Shown here: in pieces, positions 1 through 8,194 of the stretch
Numbering within the stretch: the stretch's first letter is position 1
Layout of the letters: each line of letters begins with the position of its first letter
Made by a program: the position numbers and the translations under genes
The notes under the pieces: model-generated
Databases searched by the model: none
Told to the model about the DNA's origin: nothing
The model's input: only the letters and a program-made list of their open reading frames with translations
From: Candidatus Korarchaeum cryptofilum OPF8
GTDB lineage: Archaea; Korarchaeota; Korarchaeia; Korarchaeales; Korarchaeaceae
NCBI RefSeq assembly: GCF_000019605.1
Contig: NC_010482.1
Coordinates: 360,001 to 392,000, forward strand
Length of the DNA: 32,000 nt
Direction: 5' to 3'

Positions 1-666
<666 letters not shown>

Positions 667-704
667 GGACTTATCTTTTTATTTTTAGGAGCTCCAATTT
701 TATT

Positions 705-959
705 ATGAGTGGGGAACTCAAGCTCAGGGCTATCGTGAGCATAGCTCAATTAGTTCTGGGAATACTCCTCTTCATAAGCGGGCTTGTCCTTTACTTCACC
801 CCATCTGGAAGGGCTCATGAGTTCATAATCTTCATGAGCAGAGGATCCTGGCGCTACTGGCATGATATCTTCGCATTCGCTTTCTCTGGATCATCCCTAA
901 TTCACATATACTTCAACTTCAGATCCCTGAAAGTCCTGGCTAGGAGGTTGTTCTCATGA
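705..959 (+). CDS. Small integral membrane protein (2-3 predicted TM helices, DUF4405-like)
   Basis: The ORF-track entry starts at 621 but overlaps the upstream gene. An internal ATG at 705 (MSGELKLRAIV...) follows an AT-rich TATA-like stretch at 675-700. Hydrophobic helices and conserved His residues are present. The stop overlaps the next start (ATGA at 956-959). Confidence 0.5.
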   Translation: MSGELKLRAIVSIAQLVLGILLFISGLVLYFTPSGRAHEFIIFMSRGSWRYWHDIFAFAFSGSSLIHIYFNFRSLKVLARRLFS

Positions 960-1273
960 AGAAGCTAATCCTAGTGATCTTAATAGCTATGATCTTGGCC
1001 GCCATCCCCCTGATCTACAGACCGGAGGAGAGGGGCTACGTAGTGAGGGGGAAGTTGAAGGACGTTGGCTCTAGGATAATAGTCGTGGAGACTGAGGAAG
1101 GAGATGAGGCCTTCGAGCTGAGGGGGGATTATGAAGGTGGATATAAGTGGCATCAAGTACTGGAGAGGCTCAGGGGGATGATAGGAGAGGAGGTAGTTGT
1201 GAGAGTGGAGATAAGAGGGAGAGCAGCTGTAGCGGTGAGTATAGAGCTGCCCAGGCTGGGGATAAAGTATTAG
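956..1273 (+). CDS. Hypothetical protein with N-terminal signal/anchor helix
   Basis: MKKLILVILIAMILAAIPLIY is a hydrophobic N-terminus, followed by a charged soluble domain. Translationally coupled to the upstream gene through an ATGA overlap. Confidence 0.5.
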   Translation: MKKLILVILIAMILAAIPLIYRPEERGYVVRGKLKDVGSRIIVVETEEGDEAFELRGDYEGGYKWHQVLERLRGMIGEEVVVRVEIRGRAAVAVSIELPRLGIKY

Positions 1274-1295
1274 TTTATCTCATCATATTATCGAG

Positions 1296-1769
1296 ATGCG
1301 GGGGAAGATAGGAAGGTTCCAGGTGATGGCTCTCCTGCAAGCAGCTAGATACTTCCTCCTGAAAGGAGATCTAGAGAGAGCGAAATCCTTCGGGCTGAAC
1401 AGAGCTATATTTTACGCTTGGGCGAAGAGATCGGGAGGGAAAGTTCGCATGCACAGGGCTGCGGGTGCATCGGCTCCCTCGATACCCAGGGCCACTAGAG
1501 GAATCGAGCAACTGGGCGATGAGAGAGCTTACGTGAACGATGAGGGTCTCTTCACAATAGGGGACGAGGTTCAGAGGCCTGAAGATTACGATGAGCAAGT
1601 GGCGAGGAGGATAGAGGAAGTAGTCCCGTACGATAGGGCATGGAAAGCTGCCCTGAATTACTTGAGATCCTTCCCCACGGACATTCTGCTCGATCAGAGG
1701 AAGTTCTATGAGCGCGTCTACCTCCCGGTGAGGGATAGGTTCGAGGAGCTCGTGAGCTCTTATAGTTGA
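1296..1769 (+). CDS. Hypothetical protein (157 aa), no recognisable motif
   Basis: Long ORF with the same codon usage as its neighbours and co-directional with them. No family signature recognised. Confidence 0.45.
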   Translation: MRGKIGRFQVMALLQAARYFLLKGDLERAKSFGLNRAIFYAWAKRSGGKVRMHRAAGASAPSIPRATRGIEQLGDERAYVNDEGLFTIGDEVQRPEDYDEQVARRIEEVVPYDRAWKAALNYLRSFPTDILLDQRKFYERVYLPVRDRFEELVSSYS

Positions 1770-1796
1770 GAGGGCATCGCTAGGGGAAATTGAGGG

Positions 1797-2465
1797 GTGA
1801 GCTCCCTGTCGATGGGGATAGATGAAGCTGGGAGGGGCCCAGTGATAGGGCCAATGGTTGTGGCAGCTGTTATCCTGAAGAGGAGGGAAGCTAAGAGGCT
1901 GAAGGAAATGGGAGTTACTGATTCGAAGCTCTTGAGTGCTGAGAGGAGGGAGGAGCTCTTCCCAATGATAATTGAGAGCGCTGAATCCTACTTAATAAAG
2001 GTAATCGAGCCTAAGAGGATAGATGAAGCCGTCTCTAAGAATATGCTCAATTTACTCGAAGCTGAAGTGATGTCCGAGCTGATAAGGGAGCTCAGGCCCG
2101 CTAGAGTAATAGTTGATTCTCCTATGAGGAACTGCAGGAAGTTCTCAGATGTACTGAGGGAATTCCTGGGGGATTCGAGCGTTAAAATAATAGCTGAGAA
2201 TAAGGCCGACTCCAAATATATTCAAGTGGCTTCAGCCTCCATAATAGCTAAGGTGGAGAGGGATAGGAGGATCAGGGAGTTGAGCGAGCTGACTGGAGTT
2301 GAGATAGGCTCAGGCTACCCAGGAGATCCTAAGACTAGGGAGGCTATTAGGATGATCCTCAAGGGGGCCGAGTTCCCCAGGGATCAGGTGAGATGGAAGT
2401 GGGCGACGATAAATAGGCTCCTGGAGGAGATCAGGGGGAATGATTTGACCGAGTTCCTGGATTGA
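1797..2465 (+). CDS. rnhB: Ribonuclease HII
   Basis: GIDEAGRGPVIGPMVVAAV is the N-terminal catalytic motif, with VDSP and a C-terminal GSGYPGDP motif. The start could be GTG at 1797 or ATG at 1812 (MGIDEAGRG). Confidence 0.9.
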   Translation: MSSLSMGIDEAGRGPVIGPMVVAAVILKRREAKRLKEMGVTDSKLLSAERREELFPMIIESAESYLIKVIEPKRIDEAVSKNMLNLLEAEVMSELIRELRPARVIVDSPMRNCRKFSDVLREFLGDSSVKIIAENKADSKYIQVASASIIAKVERDRRIRELSELTGVEIGSGYPGDPKTREAIRMILKGAEFPRDQVRWKWATINRLLEEIRGNDLTEFLD

Positions 2466-3318
2466 TAACGCTAGCTATTATCTCAGCTATCCTCCTTATC
2501 TCCGCTTGAGCCGATCTATCCAGTCTGAGCTTCAGGAAATGATGCCAGTCCGATTGCCTCCCGCTGACGAAAATAGCTGTCCTCAATGCCGATGGGAGTA
2601 TGTACCTGGCATCTTCCATCCTCACCCCCATGCTCAGGAGCCTTTCATATAGCTTAACGCTCATCTCAGCGTGCTCTCTCATGAGCCTCAAAGCCTCATC
2701 ATTCACCTCTGGGAATATGAAGCCCTCGGGTTTAGTCACCCTCCCGGATCTCTGAGTGAAGCTTAGCCTCCTATGCCTGACGAATTGATGGGAGGCGACT
2801 CTGGACATCTCGATCCAGAAGGCATAGAAACCATGCCTAGGATCCTCATGAGGGGACTTCAAGAAGCTGTAAAGTAGGGGCTCATCGCTCAACTTCTCCA
2901 TCTCAACTGAGAGCCTCGGCTCCGCTTCAGATTCTATACCGAGGATGCGGGATATCATTGGGAGCTCCCTCATGGCTTCCAGGCCTATGACTCTAGCTTC
3001 ACTATCCAGGAGCTCCATAGCTGTCCTTGGATTGAGGGAGATCAAGCTGGGATTTCCTAGAGTTATCTCAACGTATTTATGATTTATGAGGAGCCTCAGC
3101 AGTTCTCGATGGTCGCAATCTATCCAGAGCCTTATCAGGCTGTGCTCGAGGACTGAGTAGTGCCCCATCCTTATGATGTTCGATAGAAGCCTCTCGACCC
3201 TCTCCCTATCATTCAGCTCCTCAGCTATTTCTTCAGGACCCCCAGTGCTCCTAGATACTCTCGTAGCTAGGTAAATTAGACCTTCCCCACCTATTAACTC
3301 CTTCCTCACGACCTCCAT
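2431..3318 (-). CDS. thyX: Flavin-dependent thymidylate synthase ThyX (with internal insertion)
   Basis: Three signatures are present: GHYSVLEH, the ThyX signature RHRRLSFTQRSGR (RHRxxSxxxxSxR), and ARYILP followed by a RLDRSAQAEIR tail. The 3' end overlaps convergent rnhB by 35 nt. Confidence 0.8.
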   Translation of the reverse strand: MEVVRKELIGGEGLIYLATRVSRSTGGPEEIAEELNDRERVERLLSNIIRMGHYSVLEHSLIRLWIDCDHRELLRLLINHKYVEITLGNPSLISLNPRTAMELLDSEARVIGLEAMRELPMISRILGIESEAEPRLSVEMEKLSDEPLLYSFLKSPHEDPRHGFYAFWIEMSRVASHQFVRHRRLSFTQRSGRVTKPEGFIFPEVNDEALRLMREHAEMSVKLYERLLSMGVRMEDARYILPSALRTAIFVSGRQSDWHHFLKLRLDRSAQAEIRRIAEIIASVINPGTRSNHSP

Positions 3319-3640
3319 GCTAAACCCGATGAATGGAGGTAAGATAAAACGCTAGCTGCGTGCATGAGACCTCAAAGACAGCAGATTACTCAAGATTTTT
3401 ATCCTAACATGGATTAACAATGATCTCCTATAAATTACAATTCGATAACTCCATAATAAATTTTAGAAAATGGGCGATAAATCAGGGAATTTTTAATTTT
3501 TTCAATGATAAAATCATGAATATATTTTATAAAATAATGGGATAATTATAGAAAAATTTTTGTAATATGAGCCGGGAGTTTTTATAATTTATGATTAAGC
3601 GGTATCCTCATAAATTCTCTTATGTTTAATTAACTTTTTA
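3319..3640. promoter_or_regulatory. Very AT-rich divergent intergenic region between thyX (-) and the LysW-like gene (+), with several BRE/TATA-like boxes
   Basis: The stretch is roughly 25-30% G+C by eye, against about 50% in the flanks. TATA-like gttttatctt lies on the minus strand about 25 nt upstream of the thyX ATG. ctttttaat at 3634-3642 lies about 30 nt upstream of ATG 3674, with a GGGGTGA Shine-Dalgarno-like sequence at 3663-3669. Confidence 0.5.
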
Positions 3641-3673
3641 ATGGGCTCGCGAGCTTGGGCTGGGGGTGACCCT

Positions 3674-3895
3674 ATGGAGTTTGAGTGTCCCGTATGCGGA
3701 GCTGTATTCGATATAGAGGATGTAGAAGAGGGCGATGAGGTCAGATGCCCTGAATGCGGCGCTCTACTCGTCGTCATGAAGAAGGGCAAGAAACTCTACT
3801 TGGAGCCCGTTCCTGAGGAGGAAGAGGAGGAATGGGAAGAGGAGGAAGAGGAATGGGAAGAGGAGGAAGAGTGGGAGGAGGAAGAGGAGTTCTGA
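3674..3895 (+). CDS. LysW/ArgW-like zinc-ribbon amino-group carrier protein homologue with extended acidic (EEW)n tail
   Basis: The sequence MEFECPVCGAVFDIEDVEEGDEVRCPECGALLVV...LYLEPVPEEEEEEWEE has the CPxCG...CxxCGA ribbon plus LEPxPEE..W.E tail pattern of LysW. I chose ATG 3674 over 3641 because of the TATA at 3634-3642 and the SD-like GGGGTGA 4 nt upstream. Confidence 0.65.
   Translation: MEFECPVCGAVFDIEDVEEGDEVRCPECGALLVVMKKGKKLYLEPVPEEEEEEWEEEEEEWEEEEEWEEEEEF
3815..3889 (+). repeat. 75-nt polypurine tract (72 purines, 3 T, 0 C) built of imperfect 21/18/18-nt tandem units encoding W-E5-6
   Basis: Read directly from the sequence: gaggaggaagaggaggaa-t-gggaagaggaggaagaggaa-t-gggaagaggaggaagag-t-gggaggaggaagaggag. 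Confidence 0.9.
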
Positions 3896-3896
3896 G

Positions 3897-4643
3897 CTAT
3901 CGAGGCATCCTGTAAAAAGCCATCTTTTTTCCTATCCCGAGGTCATCCAGCTTTTTCTCCCATTCATCAGATATAGAGATCACCGAGAAGACCCCCCATA
4001 GCTTAGCTCCCGCATCGTTCACTATATCAATTATCGCCTCTAGGGATTCCAAGTTCTTCACGATATCCCTAACCAAGATCACTCTATCATCCACCTCTAT
4101 CTGGCTAGGTACGTAGAGCTCGACAACAGCCCCTCTATCGAGGGAGACGTAAGAGCTCCTCAAGTAAGACTCTAAGGAGAGACTTGCATGTTCCATGCAG
4201 CTTAAAGCCTTCGCTTTGAGCCAATCGCTAGCGATTAGGGCTAGGGGGAAGGATCCCTGTGGGGATACTATCACGTTAACCTCCTCATCCCCGACGAAAC
4301 TCGATATGACATATCCCATGAGCTCCAGGAACTTGTAGTTGCTCATAAGCCTCCAGGACTCTATGTAATTGTACCTGTTGACCCTGAGATTTCTCCTGAG
4401 AGCTTCCTCTATAAGGTTCAGGCTCTCTATCCTCTCTATTATCTTCCTAGCTGTCGTCTTCTCCGGTGTGCTCTTGAGACTTATGTATCTCCATATGACT
4501 TGGTACGGTATTCCTAGCTTCGATTCAAGCTCCTTCAATGTGAAAAAACCCTTTAGGGAGCTCAAAAGCCTGACGGAGATGTAAGGAGACTCGAGCCTCC
4601 CGTTCCTCATGACCACTTTACCTTTCCAAGAAGCGTAACTCAC
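3897..4643 (-). CDS. Putative transcriptional regulator: N-terminal winged HTH fused to a degenerate phosphoribosyltransferase (PRT)-like domain
   Basis: The N-terminus FTLKELESKLGIPYQVIWRYIS is HTH-like. The C-terminal domain has PRT topology, but the PRPP loop reads VILVRDIVKNLESL instead of hhhhDDxxxTGGT. The start is GTG at 4643 or, more consistent with the tttaaat TATA at 4646-4655, ATG at 4610. The stop lies 1 nt from the LysW-like stop. Confidence 0.6.
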   Translation of the reverse strand: MSYASWKGKVVMRNGRLESPYISVRLLSSLKGFFTLKELESKLGIPYQVIWRYISLKSTPEKTTARKIIERIESLNLIEEALRRNLRVNRYNYIESWRLMSNYKFLELMGYVISSFVGDEEVNVIVSPQGSFPLALIASDWLKAKALSCMEHASLSLESYLRSSYVSLDRGAVVELYVPSQIEVDDRVILVRDIVKNLESLEAIIDIVNDAGAKLWGVFSVISISDEWEKKLDDLGIGKKMAFYRMPR

Positions 4644-4712
4644 TTAGATTTAAATTCAACTCCGCTGGGCAATATGGTGCCACTCCGTTAGCATTGAATT
4701 CGTCTAGAAAAC

Positions 4713-4720
4713 CTTTATAA
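4713..4720 (+). promoter_or_regulatory. Candidate TATA box (ctttataa) with purine-rich BRE (agaaaa) for the 4751-8673 operon
   Basis: Centred about 35 nt upstream of ATG 4751. A GGATC-N5-GATCC inverted repeat at 4725-4739 sits between the TATA box and the start. Confidence 0.4.
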
Positions 4721-4750
4721 CAATGGATCCACGAGATCCGAAGTTGAGTC

Positions 4751-5710
4751 ATGAAGATGCTTCAGCAGGCAACCTTGCTTGAGGAGTTCAGGTTCCCCGG
4801 GACTCTTTTTAGAGTGAGGAAAATCCCGATAGCTCAGGGATGGAGGAAGATATACATCAAATGGGAGGGAAATAACCCCACGGGGACCCAAAAGGACAGA
4901 GCGGCTTACATGCACGTGAGGAGGGCTATAGAGCAGGGATACGATACGGTGACCGTGGGCACCTGCGGGAACTTCGGGGCTTCCTTAGCCTACTTCGCTA
5001 ACCTCCACGGGATGAGGGCAGTGATATACGTACCGTCACGCTACACCAATGGGAGGGTTAGGGAGATGAGGAAGTACAATGCTGAGATAGTTTACGTAGA
5101 TGGCAGCTACGAGGACGCTGTGGAGAGGAGCGTGCTCGATGCTATGAAATACGGATACTACGATTCCAATCCCGGGAGCGTTAACAGTAGGGTAGCCCTA
5201 GAGTCCTTCAAGGCCATCGCTTATGAGATAGTTGCAGCCCTGGGCTCGGTCCCAGATTTAGTCTCCGTCCCAATGGGAAACGGCACCACTCTAGCTGGTA
5301 TCTACATGGGCTTCCGCGAGATGCTCGATATGGGGATCTCGAGGAAGCTCCCAGTGATGCTAGGGGCAACTACGGGACTGGGGAATCAGATAGCTGAGAC
5401 CCTCAAGAGAGGCTCCGAGGAGCTAGTCCCCCTGAGGGAGGATGAAGTGAGGGAAACTGAGTATAATGAGCCATTGGTCTCGATAAAGGCTTTCGATGGT
5501 GAGTACGCCTTGGAAGCTATAAGGAGGAGCGGCGGCTTAGCTTTCGAATTCTACGATGAGGAACTGCTTCAGCTCGCTGAGGAGCTTAGAATGGAAGGTA
5601 TAGACCCTCTTCCAGCATCCTCCTCCTCTTTAGGGGCTATAGAGAGATATTTAGAGTTCGGGGGATATTTCGAGAATGCAGTGGCAGTCGTCACAGGGAG
5701 AAGGTTCTGA
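4751..5710 (+). CDS. PLP-dependent fold-type II enzyme (threonine synthase / cysteine synthase / TrpB superfamily)
   Basis: NPTGTQKDR contains the PLP-lysine motif (canonical NPTGSFKDR). GTCGNFGASLAYFA and the glycine loop PMGNGTTLAG are also present. Length is 319 aa. Confidence 0.8.
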   Translation: MKMLQQATLLEEFRFPGTLFRVRKIPIAQGWRKIYIKWEGNNPTGTQKDRAAYMHVRRAIEQGYDTVTVGTCGNFGASLAYFANLHGMRAVIYVPSRYTNGRVREMRKYNAEIVYVDGSYEDAVERSVLDAMKYGYYDSNPGSVNSRVALESFKAIAYEIVAALGSVPDLVSVPMGNGTTLAGIYMGFREMLDMGISRKLPVMLGATTGLGNQIAETLKRGSEELVPLREDEVRETEYNEPLVSIKAFDGEYALEAIRRSGGLAFEFYDEELLQLAEELRMEGIDPLPASSSSLGAIERYLEFGGYFENAVAVVTGRRF

Positions 5711-6758
5711 AGTCCCCGAAGCTCTGATACTAGCTGAGGGAAAATACGATACTTCCGATGCTAAGACAGCTCACGGCCTCGTCAGGAAGTCCATGAGGTA
5801 CAGGATAGTCGGCGTCATAGACAGCAGGTTCGCTGGGATGGACGCTGGTGAAGTGCTGGATGGGAAGAGGAGGGGCATAAAGATCTATAGGAGCTTGGAT
5901 GAAGCGCTGAGTGAGAGGCCAAATGTCAGAGTGCTGATAGTCGGTGTAGCCACAGCGGGAGGAATGCTCCCACCTGAGTACAGGGGCTACATAAGGGAAG
6001 CCATAGAGAGGGGGCTCAACATAGTATCGGGGCTCCACGAGTTCCTGAGCGATGATCCAGAGTTCTCAAAGATATCTAAAGAGAGAGGAGTCGAGATAAT
6101 AGATGTCAGGAAGATCTATCAGAAGATGAGGCTTTTCTATACAGGGAAGATAAGGGAAGTGGATTCTTACAGAGTAGCTATCTTAGGGACCGATGCTTGC
6201 ATAGGGAAGAGGACGACGGCCTGGATGATAGTAGATGAGCTCAATAAGAGGGGTATAAAGGCGGTTTTCGTCGGGACCGGTCAGACCGCTTGGATGCAGG
6301 GAGCTAAATATGGGATAGTGCTCGATGCTATGATAAACGATTTCATACCAGGAGGATTGGAGCATGAGGTCTGGAGGGCTTACGTCGAGGAGAGGCCAAA
6401 GGTAATAGTGGTCCCTGGCCAGGGTTCATTGCTGCATCCGGCATTCCCGGGTAGCTTCGAGATAGTGAATTTACTAACGCCTAACGCTATAGTGCTGCAG
6501 CACGCACCTGGGAGGAAGCATTTAGAGGACTTCCCGGAGTTCCCAATGCCCTCGCTGGAGAAGTACATACGCTTAATAGAAGTCATGACGGATAGGAAGC
6601 CTCTAGCTATCACTATAAACACAGAAGGGATGAGTGAGGAAGCTGTGGAGAGTTATGTCAAGGAGGTGGAGGCCAAGTACGGAATAGTGGCATGCGCTCC
6701 CCTGATCCATGGCGTGGGTAGGATAGTCGATGCCATAGCTAAGGAGGTGGAGGGTTGA
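5676..6758 (+). CDS. DUF1611 (COG3367) family protein with BioD-like P-loop
   Basis: The N-terminus LAEGKYDTSDAKTAHGLVR and the central ILGTDACIGKRTTA P-loop-like motif are characteristic of DUF1611. It overlaps the upstream gene by 35 nt and the downstream gene through a TTGA overlap. Confidence 0.65.
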   Translation: MQWQSSQGEGSEVPEALILAEGKYDTSDAKTAHGLVRKSMRYRIVGVIDSRFAGMDAGEVLDGKRRGIKIYRSLDEALSERPNVRVLIVGVATAGGMLPPEYRGYIREAIERGLNIVSGLHEFLSDDPEFSKISKERGVEIIDVRKIYQKMRLFYTGKIREVDSYRVAILGTDACIGKRTTAWMIVDELNKRGIKAVFVGTGQTAWMQGAKYGIVLDAMINDFIPGGLEHEVWRAYVEERPKVIVVPGQGSLLHPAFPGSFEIVNLLTPNAIVLQHAPGRKHLEDFPEFPMPSLEKYIRLIEVMTDRKPLAITINTEGMSEEAVESYVKEVEAKYGIVACAPLIHGVGRIVDAIAKEVEG

Positions 6759-8194
6759 GCATCTGCTTCGATAAGATCAGGATAGGGAACCTGAGGGTGA
6801 AGGATAGGGCTATACTAGCTACTTACGAGCTCGAGGTGGACGGCGTCAGGAAGGAGTACGATCTCATAGAGGTGTACGAGGAGAGTATAAGGGATATAAG
6901 GGGTATCGAGGAGATAGCTGCGTTGATAAGCATAGTTCCGGCGATAAATTACACATTATTTGCGAAAGAAATTGATATAGAATTCCCAATACATGAGTTA
7001 GACCTAAAGTTCTTCATGGATATGAGCGAGATAACTGCTAGGGATATCTTCGTCAATAGGATAGTCAAGAGGACTGGCCTCATCAAGGATGAGTTCATAC
7101 CGGACCCCGAGAGCTTGAGGCCCGAGGATGCTAGCCCGAAAGCTGAAGTTAATGCGAAGATAGGGTCAACGGTCCTCGATTACTCAGGGGATGAGTTGAA
7201 ATGCGGTGTCATGGTCTCCGGGGGGAAGGACAGCCTCCTCTCCTTCATGCTCCTGAAGGAAGCTGGGTGCGAAGTTCATCCCTTCTTTTTCAATGAGAGC
7301 GGGAGGCATTGGCACGTCTCCCTGAAGGCGTACAGGTACTTCAGAGCTGGGGAACCTAGGACAAGCAGGGTCTGGAGCAACGTAGATAGATTATTCAACT
7401 TCATAGAGTCAAACATGAGGATCCTTGTCAAAGATTTCAGGAAAAAGACGAAGGAAATATATCCGATAAGGCTCTTCTGGTTCGAGCATTGGGCTTTCTC
7501 CTTCCTCCCGATCATGATGAGGAGGGGTATAGGGAACATAATCTTCGGGAACGAGTACGATGATCCATCCTCAGTTTCCTCCTACTTCAAGGGGATAAAG
7601 CATTATAATGCGGTTTACGACCAATCCCAGGACTTCGAGGATTACATGACGAACTGGTTCAAGGAGAGGGGGCTTGGAATAAAGCAATGGTCTCCAATAA
7701 GATCTATCTCTGGATTGATAGTACAGAGAATCCTCTACAGGAGGTATAAAGATATCATGAAGCTTCAGATGAGCTGCCATACTCCTAGGTATGCTAGCGG
7801 GGAGCTGAGGCCATGCGGGAGCTGCTATAAATGCATAGGGATAAGGATCTTCCTGCTGGCTAATGGGATAGATCCAAAGATAATAGGTTACGGGGATGAG
7901 CTGAGCGATATAGTGGAGCACGTCGAGGCCGGGAAGTACAGGTTGGATGAGGATGAGCTGGAGCACTCACTGTACCTCATAAGCGAGAGGCTCGGGGTTA
8001 AGCTCCCCAGGGCCCATCCTCATCCCGAAGTAGAGACAGTGAGGTTCAACGATGTAACTGCGAGGATAGATCATATTCCATATCCTGAGTTAAGAAGAAA
8101 AATTTTTAATATAATTGAGGAATATGTGAATGGATATTCCATTCTGAGGGATGGGAAATGGGTAAGAGTAGGGAGAGAGGAATTGGGGCTGTAG
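6755..8194 (+). CDS. PP-loop (adenine nucleotide alpha-hydrolase) ATP pyrophosphatase, 479 aa, with an unassigned N-terminal domain of about 150 aa
   Basis: VMVSGGKDSLLSFMLLKEAGCEV carries the SGGKDS PP-loop. A C-terminal CGSCYKC cysteine motif is present. The TTG start is preceded by a strong SD (aaGGAGGTGgaggg) and overlaps the upstream stop. Confidence 0.7.
   Translation: MSICFDKIRIGNLRVKDRAILATYELEVDGVRKEYDLIEVYEESIRDIRGIEEIAALISIVPAINYTLFAKEIDIEFPIHELDLKFFMDMSEITARDIFVNRIVKRTGLIKDEFIPDPESLRPEDASPKAEVNAKIGSTVLDYSGDELKCGVMVSGGKDSLLSFMLLKEAGCEVHPFFFNESGRHWHVSLKAYRYFRAGEPRTSRVWSNVDRLFNFIESNMRILVKDFRKKTKEIYPIRLFWFEHWAFSFLPIMMRRGIGNIIFGNEYDDPSSVSSYFKGIKHYNAVYDQSQDFEDYMTNWFKERGLGIKQWSPIRSISGLIVQRILYRRYKDIMKLQMSCHTPRYASGELRPCGSCYKCIGIRIFLLANGIDPKIIGYGDELSDIVEHVEAGKYRLDEDELEHSLYLISERLGVKLPRAHPHPEVETVRFNDVTARIDHIPYPELRRKIFNIIEEYVNGYSILRDGKWVRVGREELGL

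Noticed and set aside
2824-3141. An intein in thyX.
   Set aside because: At about 95 aa the insert is too short. It lacks an N-terminal Cys/Ser, a C-terminal His-Asn followed by a nucleophile, and homing-endonuclease motifs.
3319-3640. The AT-rich spacer as a chromosomal replication origin.
   Set aside because: I see no ORB or mini-ORB type inverted repeats (no ...CCAGTGGAAAC-like elements) and no orc1/cdc6 gene adjacent. It is kept only as one low-probability option inside the AT-rich-region finding.
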